The position numbers and the translations under genes are program-made. The notes beneath the pieces were generated by a model. That model was not told the DNA's origin, made no database searches, and saw nothing but the letters and a program-made list of their open reading frames with translations. Below are positions 30,867-42,484 of a stretch of DNA of 64,000 nt, piece by piece (position 1 is the first letter of the stretch; the number at the start of each line of letters is the position of its first letter). Source of the stretch: an uncultured Methylomirabilota bacterium (lineage in GTDB: Bacteria > Methylomirabilota > Methylomirabilia > Methylomirabilales > 2-02-FULL-66-22); contig CAWJSJ010000002.1 in assembly GCA_963845565.1 (NCBI GenBank), positions 2,656,001 to 2,720,000 of the forward strand. The letters are read 5' to 3'.

Positions 30867-31190
30867 CTACGGATTCCAGGGGAGCGAGAGCGGGAACAAG
30901 CCGCGGCCCAGGTAGTCGGCCAGGGTGAGGACGAAGAGGATGAGCAGCCAGAAGCCTCCGGCGCCGACGAAGATCCAGATCAGCCGGCTGCTGTACCGGA
31001 CGTGCATGAAGTAGAGGATCACCAGGAGGGCCTTGACCAGGGCGATGGTGATGGCCGCCGCCGCGTTCACGGCGTGCAGGCGGCCGCCGCCGAGATCGAA
31101 GAACGCCACGCCCACGGTGAGCCCGGTGAGCAGGATCAAGGCGGCGAAGATCCCCAGATAGAGTCGGAGGGAAACGGTTGGGTGCGTCAT
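30867..31190 (-). CDS. Cytochrome c oxidase subunit IV
   Basis: Three TM; KALLVILYFMHVRY motif. Confidence 0.88.
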   Translation of the reverse strand: MTHPTVSLRLYLGIFAALILLTGLTVGVAFFDLGGGRLHAVNAAAAITIALVKALLVILYFMHVRYSSRLIWIFVGAGGFWLLILFVLTLADYLGRGLFPLSLPWNP

Positions 31191-31834
31191 CCGTGTCGCG
31201 CCACCAGATAGAGGGTTGGGAACAGGAAGATCCAGACCACGTCCACGAAATGCCAGTAGAGCCCCGAGACTTCCACGGGCGTGAAGTAGGCTTCCGTGTA
31301 CTTCCCGCGCCAGGCGTTGACGAAGAGCCAGGCCAGCAGGCCGATGCCGACTACCATGTGGAGCGCGTGGACGCCGGTCATGGCGAAGTAGAACGAGAAG
31401 AACAGCTGGGCGGACTGGGCGTGCGGTCCGGCCAGGCCGAAGCCTGGACCCGGGACGAGGTGCTGCTCGAATTTGTGGGCGTACTCGAGCCCCTTGATCC
31501 CCAGAAACAGCGAGCCGAGGATCACCGTGAGGCCGAGGAAGAGCAGCTGCCCGTTCCGGTTCCCCTGCTGCGCGCTCCGCACGGCGAGCGCCATGGTCAG
31601 GCTGCTGCCCAGGAGCACCACGGTGTTGACCGTGCCCAGGGTGAGATCCAGGTGGCGGCTGCCCTCGGCAAACGCCTGGGCGTGGCCCAGGATGTACACG
31701 AAGAATCCGGCAAAGAGGCCGCCAAAGAACATGATCTCGGTGAGGAGGAAGGCCCACATGCCGAGGGTCGAGGCCTCGTACTGCTGCGTGGCGTCCTCGA
31801 ACTGGTGGGCAACCTGCGAGGCGTGCTCAGCCAC
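31187..31834 (-). CDS. coxC: Cytochrome c oxidase subunit III
   Basis: [40 protein letters not shown]. Confidence 0.93.
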   Translation of the reverse strand: MAEHASQVAHQFEDATQQYEASTLGMWAFLLTEIMFFGGLFAGFFVYILGHAQAFAEGSRHLDLTLGTVNTVVLLGSSLTMALAVRSAQQGNRNGQLLFLGLTVILGSLFLGIKGLEYAHKFEQHLVPGPGFGLAGPHAQSAQLFFSFYFAMTGVHALHMVVGIGLLAWLFVNAWRGKYTEAYFTPVEVSGLYWHFVDVVWIFLFPTLYLVARHG

Positions 31835-33447
31835 GGTGCCCCTCCGGCAAGGAGTCGTAGGCGTACGCCTCCTCGGTGACGACCGGGGTCCGGTCGAAGT
31901 TGAACGTCGGAGGCGGCGACGGCGTCTGCCACTCCAGCCCGGTGGCCCCCCACGGATTGTCGCCGGCCGGTTGTCCCTTGAACAGGGACCAGACGAGGTA
32001 AAGAACCGGAATCAGGTAGCCGAGGCCAAGGATGGTGCCGCCCGCGGTCGAGAGCACGTTCAGCATCTGGAACTCCGGCGGGTAGACATGGTAGCGACGC
32101 GGCATGCCCAGGAACCCGAGGACGAATTGCGGGAGGAAGGTCAGGTTGAACCCGACGAACAGGATCACCGCGGCGATCCGTCCCCAGGCATCCGAGTACA
32201 ACCGCCCGGTCATCTTCGGCCACCAGAAGTGCAGGCCGCCCATGTAGCCCCATGATGGCGCCGCCCACCATGATGTAGTGGAAATGGGCCACCACGAAAT
32301 AGGTGTCGTGGACGTGTACGTCAATGGCCAGGGTGGCCAGGAAGAGGCCGGTCAGGCCGCCGACGGTGAACAGCCCGACGAATCCGAACGCGTAGAGCAT
32401 CGGCGTCTGGAGGGCGATGGAGCCCTTGTACATGGTGGCGGTCCAGTTGAACACCTTGACGGCCGAGGGCACGGCGACCAGGAAGCTCAGCAGCGAGAAG
32501 ATGATCCCCGCATACATCGACTGGCTGCTGACGAACATGTGGTGGCCCCAGACCAGGAACCCCAGGATGGCGATGGCCATGCTGGAGCCGGCCACGAAGT
32601 TGTAGCCGAAGACTCGCTTGCGCGAGAAGCAGGCGACCAGCTCGCTCATGACCCCCATGGAGGGCAGGATCATGATGTAGACGGCGGGATGGGAGTAGAA
32701 CCAGAACAGGTGCTGGAACAGCACGGGGTCGCCGCCCAGATTCGGGTCGAAGATCCCGATCCCCAATCCCCGCTCCAGCGCCACCAGCAGGATGGTGATG
32801 GCGATGACCGGAGTCCCCAGGATCATGATCAGGCTGGTAGCGTAGTGCGCCCAGATGAAGAGGGGCAACCGGAACCAGGTGAGCCCCGGCGCGCGCATCT
32901 TGTGGATGGTGACCACGAAGTTCAGCCCGGTGAGGATGGACGAGAAGCCGGTGATGAAGACCCCCAGGGCAGTCAGGATGACGTTGGTGTTGGCGTAGGT
33001 GCTGCTGTACGGGGTGTAGAAAGTCCAGCCGGTGTCCACGCCGCCCGTCACCATGGCGACCACGGTGAATCCGGCGCCGAGGGTGTACACGTACCAGGAC
33101 AGCAGGTTGATCTTGGGGAACGCCAGATCGCGGGCCCCGATCATCATGGGGACCAGGAAGTTCCCCAGCACGGCGGGGATGGAGGGGATCAGGAAAAAGA
33201 AGATCATGGTGATGCCGTGCATCGTGAACAACTTGTTGTACGTCTCGGCCTGGACCAGATCCCCGTGCGGCGTGAGCAGTTCCAGCCGGAGGAGGCCCGC
33301 CAGCACCCCTCCCAGCCCGAAGAAGAGGGTGATGGAGATCAGGTACAGGATGGCGATCCGCTTGTGGTCCGTGGTCAAGAGCCACGACCGCACGCTGTAG
33401 TCGCTGTTGAGGTAATGCGTCCGGGGCTCGGGTGCCGCGTCAGTCAT
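31827..33447 (-). CDS. coxA: Cytochrome c oxidase subunit I, type A2, with a +1 frameshift near 32250 (probable sequencing error)
   Basis: [28 protein letters not shown] then frame switch to [18 protein letters not shown]; span 1621 = 3n+1. Confidence 0.93.
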
Positions 33448-34403
33448 GGCTTGGCCTGTCCGTCCGTCTTCAAGGATTTGAGGTAGGCGAGGAGCTGCAC
33501 GAGCTGATCTTCGGTGACGAGCCCCTTGAACGTCGGCATGATCGGCGGATACCCCACCGTGATCTTGGCCTGAGGATTCAGGATCGACTCGCGCAGGTAG
33601 CTCTCATCCACGGCGATCGTCTCGCCGCTGGTGAGCTTTTCCGTCCTGCCGAATTTGCCGACCAGGGATGGGCCGCGGCCGCTCCCGTCGGACCGGTGGC
33701 AGGTGTGGCAGCCCAGCCGCCCGAAGAGTTTTTCCCCGGCGGCGGGCAGCGACTCTTCGCCGACCCCGCCGGCCAGCCACCGCTCGTACTCCGCCGGCTC
33801 CATGACCACGATCCGTCCGCCCATCACGGCGTGGCTGGTACCGCAGTATTCGGCACAGAACAGGTGATACTCGCCGGTCTTGGTGGCCTCGAACCAGACG
33901 CTGGTGTACTTGCCCGGCACCACGTCCGCTTTGACCCGGAACGCCGGGACGTAGAAACTGTGGATGACATCTTCGGAGGTCATGGTGAGCTTGACCGGCC
34001 GGTGGACCGGGACGTGCAATTCGTTGATCTCGCGCTGCCCGGTGGGATGCTGGAGCTTCCACATCCACTGCTTGCCCACCACGTAAACCTCCATGGCCGC
34101 GGCGGGTGGCCGGGAGATCACGAAGTACAGGTAGGTGCCCCAGACAAAGATGGCCAGCGCGATGCCGAGAGGAATGACGGTCCAGAGGGCCTCGAGCAGC
34201 AACGAGCCGTGGATCGCCCGCGGTCGGTCCGCGTCGCTGCGGCGCCGGTATTTCAAGGCGAAGACCACGACGAGAAGGAAGATCAGCCCGCTGAAGAACA
34301 CGGTGACCGCCACCAGGAACAGGAAGAGCGCATCCACCTGGCCGGCGACGGTGGAGGCTTGTTCGGGGAGGAGGCGCAGCGCTTGAGGCACCTGTGGCCA
34401 CAT
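33444..34403 (-). CDS. coxB: Cytochrome c oxidase subunit II with fused cytochrome c (caa3 type)
   Basis: DVIHSF, CuA motif [13 protein letters not shown]-terminal CHTCH heme c site. Confidence 0.95.
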   Translation of the reverse strand: MWPQVPQALRLLPEQASTVAGQVDALFLFLVAVTVFFSGLIFLLVVVFALKYRRRSDADRPRAIHGSLLLEALWTVIPLGIALAIFVWGTYLYFVISRPPAAAMEVYVVGKQWMWKLQHPTGQREINELHVPVHRPVKLTMTSEDVIHSFYVPAFRVKADVVPGKYTSVWFEATKTGEYHLFCAEYCGTSHAVMGGRIVVMEPAEYERWLAGGVGEESLPAAGEKLFGRLGCHTCHRSDGSGRGPSLVGKFGRTEKLTSGETIAVDESYLRESILNPQAKITVGYPPIMPTFKGLVTEDQLVQLLAYLKSLKTDGQAKP

Positions 34404-34407
34404 GATC

Positions 34408-35259
34408 TCAGCGGTCCTCCCCGGGCACGGCGGCGTTGCGGCGGTCGCGGCGGAACATGGCGACCATGAAGGCGCCCAGGCCCAGGACCGTGGCCGACCC
34501 CGCGAGGCGTATCACATTCATGATGAGGACCCCGTATTTTCCGGTGAGCGGGTCGTAGTGGTAGCAGTACAGCAGGATCTGGTCGATCGGGTTGCCGATG
34601 GTGTTGTTGCCCGCCTCGATGAGTGCCAGGCGCATGTCGCGGGGCGAGAACTCGATTCCGTAGAGGTACCGCGCCGCCTTGCCCTCGGGGGTGAAGATGA
34701 CGACGCCGGAGGCGTGGGCATATTCGTCCTTCTGCTTGTCATACACGTACCGGAAACCCACCGCCTGGGTGAGCGCGGCGATTGCCTCCGGCTTGCCCGT
34801 GAGGAAGTGCCACCCCTTCTCCGCACCAGGACGACCGTAGCGCTGGATGTACAGGTCTTTCCGGGAGGCGGCGATGGAGAAGGTCTCCCGGGGATTGACA
34901 CTCAGCGTGAGGACCGTGAACTGCTTGCCGATGTCGAAACTCACCGGACGGAGAGTTCGCACCAGACCGTCCAGGAGGAGAGGGCACAGCATGGTGCAGT
35001 TGTAATAGGTGATCAGCATGATGACCGGCTTCTGGCCGAAGTAGTCGCCCAGGCGGACGGCCTTGCCGGTCTCGTCGGTGAAGGTGAGATCCAAGGGCAG
35101 TTGCGCGCCCAGTTTCTGGTCGAAGCCGATCTCTTTCAGGAAGGCCTCGTCCTTCGTGTAGGGCTCCTTCCCCGTGTGGGCGAGGGAGATCGAGGGAGTG
35201 ACGAGTCGGAGGCCGACCGCGACGGCGACCACGACAAGAAGGGCGAGTCGGAGGGTCAT
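34408..35259 (-). CDS. SCO1/SenC family copper chaperone
   Basis: YYNCTMLC, WHFLTG, EYAHAS, C-terminal CYHYDP..GKY + TM. Confidence 0.9.
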   Translation of the reverse strand: MTLRLALLVVVAVAVGLRLVTPSISLAHTGKEPYTKDEAFLKEIGFDQKLGAQLPLDLTFTDETGKAVRLGDYFGQKPVIMLITYYNCTMLCPLLLDGLVRTLRPVSFDIGKQFTVLTLSVNPRETFSIAASRKDLYIQRYGRPGAEKGWHFLTGKPEAIAALTQAVGFRYVYDKQKDEYAHASGVVIFTPEGKAARYLYGIEFSPRDMRLALIEAGNNTIGNPIDQILLYCYHYDPLTGKYGVLIMNVIRLAGSATVLGLGAFMVAMFRRDRRNAAVPGEDR

Positions 35260-35675
35260 CGGGCGCCCCCCTTCACCGGCGGAGCGGCCGGGGCGGCCGG
35301 CCTCAGGGCCGGGAGGCCACGCTCCAGGACCAACCGCATGGCGCGATCGACCGGGACCCGGGCGATCCCCGCCTCCTTGTTGACCCAGGCGTAGCTGGTG
35401 AGGATCTCCTGCTCGGCCGTCTGGAGGGCCTTGAGTTCCTTCGGCGCCTGGACCTGGAGGCGAGGCTCGATCGGCACGGTCCGGGTCGCCAGGGGTGAGG
35501 CCGGGGTTTCCAGCCGCGGCCGTTCCCACCAGCCGAGGAGCCGCATCATGCCGTAGGCCGCCACGAAAACCAGGACCGTGACCACGGCCAGAATCACGCC
35601 GGAGATCAGGATGGGCTTCGGCCTGACGTCGGACTTTTCGTAGCCGCCGGGGGCGGAGCCATGGGGCGTCGTCAT
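35256..35675 (-). CDS. ActG-like accessory subunit of alternative complex III
   Basis: GYEKSDV + TM, EPRLQ, LTSYAWVN...ARVPVDRAM; between actF and SCO. Confidence 0.65.
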   Translation of the reverse strand: MTTPHGSAPGGYEKSDVRPKPILISGVILAVVTVLVFVAAYGMMRLLGWWERPRLETPASPLATRTVPIEPRLQVQAPKELKALQTAEQEILTSYAWVNKEAGIARVPVDRAMRLVLERGLPALRPAAPAAPPVKGGAR

Positions 35676-35677
35676 CC

Positions 35678-36859
35678 TCACGCTCCGTGCGGCGCGTCCG
35701 CCAGGTCGGCGAAGCGCGGATCCCGCTCCGCGAGGAGCGGCCGGCGCTTCAGGAGACCCAGGAACGTCGCCAGCCAGAGCCCGCCCAGCCCGATGGGCAG
35801 GACGAGATCGAGCCAGTGCAGGTGGAAGCCCTCCGCGTGGAGGGCCGGGGCGATCAACCAGAAGAGATCGACGAAGCGCACCACCAGGATGCCGGCCGCG
35901 ACCGCGCCGAGCATCTTGGCGCGCCGCTTGGTGGTGCGCGACAGCAAGAGCAGGAAGGGAACCACGAAATGGAACACGATCAGGAGCAGGGCGACCGCCC
36001 CCCACCCGCCCGCCATCCGATGGAGGTACCAATGGTTTTCCTCGGGCAAATTGCCCGACCAGATGATCAGGTACTGCGAGAAGGCGATGTAGGCCCACAG
36101 CATCACGAACGCCAGCAGGAGATTCCCGAGGTCGTGGAACTGGGTCGGCCCCATCGCGCCCTGGATGGGAGGCCGATTGGCCAGGCAGACCACCACGCGG
36201 GTCACGAAGGCCAGCGCCAGCAGCGCTTGGCCGACGAGGAAGACCACGCCGTAGATCGAGGAGAACCAGTGCGGCTCGAGCGACATGACCCAGTCCACGG
36301 CCGCGAACGTGACCGCCATCCCGTAGAGGACCAGGCCCGGGCCGCTCACGACCTGCAGTCGGCGGGTGAGCGGGTCCGTGCCGATGCCCTGATCCTGTCG
36401 CGCCGAGAGCATGGTGAGGATCGTGCCGGTCCCGATCCAGATCAGGAAATAGAACGCGGCGCGGCCGAAGAAGGCCGGGCCGTTCAGATACCGTTGCTTG
36501 TGCTGCAAGAGCGCGTCGGTCGCCACCAGGTCGGGGCGCGCCCAGGGATAGAGATCCTGCAGGCCGAAGAGGAGCGGCACGAACAGGAGCGCCAGCAGCG
36601 GCAGCGTGCGCACCCCGGCTTCCAGAAACCGCTGGATCACATACCCCCAGCGGCCGGCGACCAGATGGTGGAGCATCAGGAGGCCGAGGCACCCCACGGC
36701 GATCCCGGCCCAGAAGACGTATCCCAGGAGGTAGGCCTGGAAGAACGCGGCCCGGTTCATGAGGCCCCCGAGGACGGCCAGCGCCAGGGCACCCAGGCCG
36801 ACCATGAGGGCCTTTCGCTGCATCCCATCGAATTCCCAGGCGCTGCCTTCACCCGTCAT
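35678..36859 (-). CDS. actF: Alternative complex III membrane subunit ActF
   Basis: About 10 TM; DWVMSLEPHWFSSIYG, HDLGNLL, FSQYLIIWSGNLPEE. Confidence 0.9.
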   Translation of the reverse strand: MTGEGSAWEFDGMQRKALMVGLGALALAVLGGLMNRAAFFQAYLLGYVFWAGIAVGCLGLLMLHHLVAGRWGYVIQRFLEAGVRTLPLLALLFVPLLFGLQDLYPWARPDLVATDALLQHKQRYLNGPAFFGRAAFYFLIWIGTGTILTMLSARQDQGIGTDPLTRRLQVVSGPGLVLYGMAVTFAAVDWVMSLEPHWFSSIYGVVFLVGQALLALAFVTRVVVCLANRPPIQGAMGPTQFHDLGNLLLAFVMLWAYIAFSQYLIIWSGNLPEENHWYLHRMAGGWGAVALLLIVFHFVVPFLLLLSRTTKRRAKMLGAVAAGILVVRFVDLFWLIAPALHAEGFHLHWLDLVLPIGLGGLWLATFLGLLKRRPLLAERDPRFADLADAPHGA

Positions 36860-36908
36860 CCGTTCGTCCTCGGGCGGCCGGTGCTCTCCGCCGCCGTGTC
36901 CGCGGTTG

Positions 36909-37556
36909 CTACTTCTTCTGATCGAGCGCGGCGCGCTCTTCCGCCGTCAGATCGGCCACCGGAATTCCCTGGCTGACCTGCAGGGTGCGGATGTAGGCCG
37001 CGATGGCCCAGCGATCGGCCGGGGGGACCTGCGCGGCGTAATCCGGCATGACGCCGAAGCCATTGGTCATGACGTCGAAGAAATACCCGAGCGGGACCTC
37101 GCGCAGCCGCGGGATGTGGTACGACGGCGGCGGCCGCAGCCCCCGCTTGGTCACGGCGCCTTCCCCCGTGCCCACGCGGCCGTGGCACGGGGTGCAAAAG
37201 ATCTCGTACCGCTCCCGTCCCCGCTCCAACAGGGCCCTGGTGAGGGGCACCGGCAGCGGTTCCACCAGGGCATCACCCACCTTGCCCGTGTAGAACGCGG
37301 CATCGGCCTTGAGCTCCCCCCGCGCCACGGTCCCCGGGACCAGCGGTCGGGCCAGGCGCCGGTCCTCGAAGAAGGCGCTCTGATCCAGCGGCTTCTCCCG
37401 GCCGGTCTCGGCCATCTGCTGCCGGCAGCCGACCAAGAGAAGCAGGCAGCAGGCAGCGAGCAGCAGGCAGGCGAGGAGATTGCGCGGTACCGGGGCGATC
37501 CGACGACCCACTGCCCACTGCCACCTGCATGCTGCCAGCTGAACGCTACGGCTCAA
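36909..37556 (-). CDS. actE: Alternative complex III monoheme cytochrome c lipoprotein ActE
   Basis: LVGC lipobox, PGTVARG, CTPCH, distal Met in GVMPDY; start uncertain. Confidence 0.88.
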   Translation of the reverse strand: MSRSVQLAACRWQWAVGRRIAPVPRNLLACLLLAACCLLLLVGCRQQMAETGREKPLDQSAFFEDRRLARPLVPGTVARGELKADAAFYTGKVGDALVEPLPVPLTRALLERGRERYEIFCTPCHGRVGTGEGAVTKRGLRPPPSYHIPRLREVPLGYFFDVMTNGFGVMPDYAAQVPPADRWAIAAYIRTLQVSQGIPVADLTAEERAALDQKK

Positions 37557-38082
37557 CGTCCGTCACCTCTTTCGCCCCCAGCCCTTCCAGAAATTTCCGC
37601 GTGGCCTCGGAATCGAACCGGGGGTCGGTGGCCTCGATGCACAGGAAAAAGCGGTCCCGCGTCGCCAGGGCAAAGCGGGGCGCGTTGAAGACGGGGTGGT
37701 AGGGTTGGGGCAAGCCGTTCAGCGCCAGCATCCCGAGGACCGCGGTGGCGGCCGCCGCCAGGATGGTGACCTCGAAGGTGATGGGGATGAATGCCGGCCA
37801 GCTGTTCAAGGGGCGGCCGCCCACATTGAGCGGATAGTCGATGACGGCCGCGTAGTACTGGGAGAAAAACCCCGCCCCCGCCCCGACGATGCCCGCGATG
37901 AGCACCAGGAGCGGAAGCCGGTTGGTGCGGAACCCGATGGCCTCTGCCAGCCCGTGGACGGGAAAGGGGGTGTAGGCATCCAGCCGACGGTACCCGTCGG
38001 CGTAGGCCCGCTCTCCCGCGGCCACCAGCTCTTCCGGGGCGTCAAACTCGGCCAGCAAACCGTAGACGGGCGCCGTGCTCAT
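37546..38082 (-). CDS. actD: Alternative complex III subunit ActD (DUF3341)
   Basis: DAYTPFPVHGL, YPLNVGGRP..SWPAFIPITFE. Confidence 0.92.
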   Translation of the reverse strand: MSTAPVYGLLAEFDAPEELVAAGERAYADGYRRLDAYTPFPVHGLAEAIGFRTNRLPLLVLIAGIVGAGAGFFSQYYAAVIDYPLNVGGRPLNSWPAFIPITFEVTILAAAATAVLGMLALNGLPQPYHPVFNAPRFALATRDRFFLCIEATDPRFDSEATRKFLEGLGAKEVTDVEP

Positions 38083-38085
38083 GGC

Positions 38086-39492
38086 TCAATCCCCCGCCGG
38101 GCCGGCGCCCGGCGCGGCCGCCGGCCGCGGCTTGGGCGACGGCAGGATGGTCCGCATCTCGAAGATCGAGATCATCGGAAGCACCCGGATGAAGAGGAAC
38201 AACATCGTCAGGAACAGGCCGATGGATCCGACGAAGATCGCCCAGTCCACCCAGGTGGGATAGTACATGCCCCAGGCCGAGGGCAAGAAGTCGCGATGGA
38301 GGCTGGTGATCACGATCACGAAGCGCTCCAGCCACATCCCCACGTTCACCACCAGCGCGATCAGGAAGAGCAGGGGCACGTTGGCCTTGACCCGCTCCGA
38401 CCACAGGAGCTGGGGGACCAGGATGTTGCAGCAGATGAGCGCCCAGTAGAACGGGCCGTAGGGGCCGGTCATCCGGTTCAGCATCATGAACATTTCGAAG
38501 GGGTTCCCGCTGTACCAGGCGAAGAAGATCTCCATCAGATAGCCATAGGCCACCATCAGGCCGGTCGCCAGCATGACATTGGCCATGTTGCGCAGGTGGC
38601 GCATGGTGATGAAATCGTCCAACCGGTAGAGCCACCGGATGGGGATGGTGAGCGTCAGCACCATGGCGAAGCCCGAGTAGATGGCCCCGGCGACGAAGTA
38701 GGGCGGGAAGATCGTCGTGTGCCAGCCGGGGACCAGGCTGGTCGCGAAGTCGAAGCTCACCACGGTGTGCACGGACAGGACCAGGGGGGTAGCCAGGCCC
38801 GCCAAGAGCAGATAGGCCGTCTCGTAGCGGTGCCAGTGCTGCGCCGAGCCGCGCCACCCGAGGGCCAACATGCCGTATCCGATCTTGAGGGCCCTCGCCT
38901 TGGCGCGATCGCGCAGCGTGGCCAGGTCGGGGATCAGCCCGACGTACCAGAAGAGCAGCGAGACTGTGGCGTAGGTCGAGACGGCGAAGACGTCCCAGAC
39001 CAGCGGGCTGCGCGTCTGCGGCCAGATGGCCATGGTGCTGGGATACGGGAACATCCAGTACCCGAACCACGGCCGCCCCATGTGGAGCAAGGGGAAGAGG
39101 CCGGCGCAGGAGACCGCGAACAGCGTCATGGCCTCGGCGAACCGGTTGATGGAGGTGCGCCACTGCTGACGGAGCAGGAGCAGGATCGCGGAGATCAGGG
39201 TCCCGGCGTGGCCGATCCCGATCCACCAGACGAAGTTGACGATGGCGAAGCCCCAGCCGACCGGGATATTGATCCCCCAGGTTCCCAGGCCGAAGACCAC
39301 CGTCCAGCCGATGCCGAGGAGCAACGCTTGCAGCAGACCGAAGGCGATCAGGAAGCCGGCGAACCAGGAGAGCGGGGTCGTCCCGCTCAGCACGATGACG
39401 CTGATCTTGTCCGTCACCGAGGCGTAGGTGTAGCCCGGCGTCACGATCGGGGTGCTTGGCATGCCGGGTCCGGTCTCGGGGTGCGTCGCCAT
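38086..39492 (-). CDS. actC: Alternative complex III quinol-oxidising subunit ActC (NrfD/PsrC family)
   Basis: [48 protein letters not shown]. Confidence 0.95.
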   Translation of the reverse strand: MATHPETGPGMPSTPIVTPGYTYASVTDKISVIVLSGTTPLSWFAGFLIAFGLLQALLLGIGWTVVFGLGTWGINIPVGWGFAIVNFVWWIGIGHAGTLISAILLLLRQQWRTSINRFAEAMTLFAVSCAGLFPLLHMGRPWFGYWMFPYPSTMAIWPQTRSPLVWDVFAVSTYATVSLLFWYVGLIPDLATLRDRAKARALKIGYGMLALGWRGSAQHWHRYETAYLLLAGLATPLVLSVHTVVSFDFATSLVPGWHTTIFPPYFVAGAIYSGFAMVLTLTIPIRWLYRLDDFITMRHLRNMANVMLATGLMVAYGYLMEIFFAWYSGNPFEMFMMLNRMTGPYGPFYWALICCNILVPQLLWSERVKANVPLLFLIALVVNVGMWLERFVIVITSLHRDFLPSAWGMYYPTWVDWAIFVGSIGLFLTMLFLFIRVLPMISIFEMRTILPSPKPRPAAAPGAGPAGD

Positions 39493-39496
39493 GCGC

Positions 39497-42484
39497 TCAG
39501 CCCTGTTCCAGCGCCGGATTGGGATTCCGGAGCCGTGCGAGATAGGTCGTCCGCGGCCGGGTGTTCAGCTCTGTGAGGAGGCCGTAGTTCAGCGGGTGGG
39601 CCTTGAGCTGGGACACGCGGCTCTTGGGGTCGTTGATGTCGCCGAAGACAATCGCCTGGCTGGGGCAGGCCGCCTGGCAGGCGGTGATCACCTCCCCGTC
39701 CTGGATGTCGCGGTCGTGGGTCTTGGCCTGGATGCGGGCTTCATTGATCCGCTGCACGCAATAGGTGCACTTCTCCATGACGCCCCGGCTGCGCACCGTC
39801 ACGTTCGGGTTCCGGACGAGCGCCAGGCTGGGGGTCCGGTCGTCGGCGTACTGGAGGAAGTTGAAGTGCCGGACCTTGTAGGGGCAGTTGTTGGAGCAGT
39901 ACCGGGTGCCCACGCAGCGGTTGTAGACCATGTCGTTCAGCCCTTCGCTGCTGTGCACGGTGGCCCCGACCGGACAGACCGGCTCGCAGGGCGCGTTCTC
40001 GCACTGCATGCACAGGACCGGCTGATGGACCGTCTCGGGGGCCTCCAGGCCGCCCTTGTAGTAGCGGTCGACGCGGATCCAGTGCATCTCGCGGCCGACC
40101 AGGACCTCCGCCTTGCCGACCACGGGACTGTTGTTCTCGCTCTGGCAGGCCATGACGCACGCGTTGCAGCCGGTGCAGGCGTTGAGGTCGATGGCCATCC
40201 CCCAGGCGTACCCTTCGTACTTGTGCGCGGGGTAGAAGCTGGGCTGATGGCCGGCCTCATGGTCGCCCGGATCGCGCGCGAAGTCCGGATGCTTCCGGAA
40301 CTCCTCGGCGGTGGCCATCCGGACCAGGTTCCGGCCCTGCATGGTCTGGTGGCCCTGCGTGCTCGCCAGGCGGGAGCGCGCGCCGGTCGTCTTCAGCGTC
40401 AGCCCGCTCCCCCCCCAGGGGGCCGCCGCCGTCCGCAGGAGATAGGCGTTGACCCCGATCCCGGAGCCGGCCCGGCCCGCCTGCGTCCGGCCATAGCCCA
40501 GGTGGAGGGTCACCGTCCCGTCGGCCTGGCCGGGCAGGATCCAGGCCGGCGCGTTCAACCGCCGCCCCGCGAACGTGAGCTCGACCACGTCGCCGCTCTG
40601 CACGCCCAGCCGCTCCGCGGCGGCGGGGCTCATCAGTGCCGCATTGTCCCAGGTGAGCTTGGTGAGCGGCTTGGGCAGCTCCTGCAGCCAGCCGTTGTTG
40701 GCAAAGCGGCCGTCCCAGACGGCGGGGTCGGGCCGGAAGACGAGGTCCAACCCCTGGGGGGCAACCGACGGGGCCGCGGGAATGACGCCCTTCCACGTCG
40801 GGACCTTGGCGGGAAGCGCGGAGTCCGCGATCAGACCGTCATGCAGGGCCTTGCGCCAGACGGTCTCGAAGTCGCCGCTGCGGCGCTGGCTCTTCCAGTA
40901 GTCCCGCACGATGTCGTATCCGGACCGCGGGTCGCCCAGCAGCGCCGACGCCACTTCGTGCGCCGTCCGTCCCCCGTAGAGCGGTGCGATCAGGGGTTGC
41001 TGGATACTCACCGTGCCGTCGTACGCCCGCCCGTCGCTCCACCCCTCCAGGGTGTGCGCCTCGGGCAGATGCCAGTGGCAGAGCGCCGAGGTTTCGTCCT
41101 CGTAGAGGGCGAGGTGTGCGCGGAAGGCGACCTTGTTGAGTGCCTCGGCAAAGGGAACGTCGGCCGGCGCGGTGTACACGGGATTGCCGCCCAAGATGAG
41201 CAGCGTCTCCACCTTTCCGGCCTGCATGTCCGCCACGAGCTGTCCGAGCGACTCCCCCTGGTCCACGGGGACGGCCTCGATGGGGTCGGTGAAGACCACG
41301 GTCCGGCCGTGGTTCTCCAGGGCGCGGTTCATGGCGTGGGCGAGCAGGTGAACTGCGGGCGATTGCTCGTCCCCCGCCACCACCAGGCTGGCGCCCCGAT
41401 GGGCCGCCAGGTCGCGGGCCAGCGCGTCGACCCACTTCGCCTGCTCCGGGGTGGGGCGCCATGAGTGGCCGCCGACCTCGATCCCCAGCCGCACCGCGAG
41501 ACCCCGGGCAAAGGACTCCAGGTCATCCGGGCGCACCACCAGCCGGTGGTCGGCCATCCCGCCCGTCAGCGTGGGCGTGGCCTCGATGGCGTACAGACGG
41601 TTCAGCGCTGTCGCCGGCGTCTCGGCGCGGCGGCGCGACGCGAACTCGCGCGCGTAGCGGACCGCGCCCGGCCCGGTCGTCAGGAAATCGCTTCCCAGCG
41701 AGACGATCACATCGGCCGCCTCCACCCGATGGATTGTGTTCACCGTCTCGCCGAACGCCAGTCGGGCGCCGGCCCGGACCGTGTCGCGCGAGACCGGCTC
41801 GAACTGATGCCAGCGGGCCGCCGGGAACTTCGCGAGCACGGCCTGGAGCTGGGCGGCCAGCGTGGGCGAAACTACGGTCTCGGTCAGGATGCGCAGGCCG
41901 CCGCCTTGCGGCTGCGTCCCCGAGTCCAGTTGCGTGGCCAACCCGGACACGAACGCGTTCCAGGTGCTCGGCGTTCCCGTGCGCAGGACGACCTGCGACC
42001 GGTCCGGATCGTACAGCCCGAGGATGGAGGCCTGCGTCAGGGCGTCGGTGGCCCCGAGGCTTCCCGGATGAAGCGGGTTCCCCTCGATCTTGGTGGGTCG
42101 GCCCTGATGGCTCTCCACCAGGACGCCCACGGAACATCCGCCGAGCGTGACGGCGGTGGCGAAGAAGAGCGGCTTGCCCGGGATCACCTCTTCGGGCGCG
42201 CGCACATACGGGACGATCTTGTCGCTGGGCTGGCTGCTGCAGGCGGTCAGCCCCGCCAGGGCCAGCGACGCCCCCATCAGCTGCAGGAACTGGCGCCGGC
42301 CGACGGGATCCGTCCACTCGGTGGCCCCCTCGGGGAACTCCCGGTGCAGAAGTTCCTGAAACTCCGGCGTGTCCGCGACCTCGTCCAGGCTGCGCCAGTA
42401 CTCCGGGCCCTGCCGCTCGGCCAGCCGGCGTCGGATCTCGCCCCAGTCGATCCCGTCGTGTCCAGGCATCGCGTCGTGACTCAT
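39497..42484 (-). CDS. actB: Alternative complex III subunit ActB (molybdopterin-oxidoreductase-like + Fe-S domain)
   Basis: YWRSLDE, Tat [16 protein letters not shown]-terminal [32 protein letters not shown]. Confidence 0.95.
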   Translation of the reverse strand: MSHDAMPGHDGIDWGEIRRRLAERQGPEYWRSLDEVADTPEFQELLHREFPEGATEWTDPVGRRQFLQLMGASLALAGLTACSSQPSDKIVPYVRAPEEVIPGKPLFFATAVTLGGCSVGVLVESHQGRPTKIEGNPLHPGSLGATDALTQASILGLYDPDRSQVVLRTGTPSTWNAFVSGLATQLDSGTQPQGGGLRILTETVVSPTLAAQLQAVLAKFPAARWHQFEPVSRDTVRAGARLAFGETVNTIHRVEAADVIVSLGSDFLTTGPGAVRYAREFASRRRAETPATALNRLYAIEATPTLTGGMADHRLVVRPDDLESFARGLAVRLGIEVGGHSWRPTPEQAKWVDALARDLAAHRGASLVVAGDEQSPAVHLLAHAMNRALENHGRTVVFTDPIEAVPVDQGESLGQLVADMQAGKVETLLILGGNPVYTAPADVPFAEALNKVAFRAHLALYEDETSALCHWHLPEAHTLEGWSDGRAYDGTVSIQQPLIAPLYGGRTAHEVASALLGDPRSGYDIVRDYWKSQRRSGDFETVWRKALHDGLIADSALPAKVPTWKGVIPAAPSVAPQGLDLVFRPDPAVWDGRFANNGWLQELPKPLTKLTWDNAALMSPAAAERLGVQSGDVVELTFAGRRLNAPAWILPGQADGTVTLHLGYGRTQAGRAGSGIGVNAYLLRTAAAPWGGSGLTLKTTGARSRLASTQGHQTMQGRNLVRMATAEEFRKHPDFARDPGDHEAGHQPSFYPAHKYEGYAWGMAIDLNACTGCNACVMACQSENNSPVVGKAEVLVGREMHWIRVDRYYKGGLEAPETVHQPVLCMQCENAPCEPVCPVGATVHSSEGLNDMVYNRCVGTRYCSNNCPYKVRHFNFLQYADDRTPSLALVRNPNVTVRSRGVMEKCTYCVQRINEARIQAKTHDRDIQDGEVITACQAACPSQAIVFGDINDPKSRVSQLKAHPLNYGLLTELNTRPRTTYLARLRNPNPALEQG

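Noticed and set aside
31827..33447. coxA, gspF, nrdJ and eamA as true pseudogenes
   Set aside because: Each has a single +1 lesion with no other decay, within intact operons; sequencing error is more parsimonious
39497..42484. ActB as a catalytic molybdoenzyme
   Set aside because: Context (actA, C, D, E, F) identifies alternative complex III, whose B subunit is known to lack a Mo cofactor
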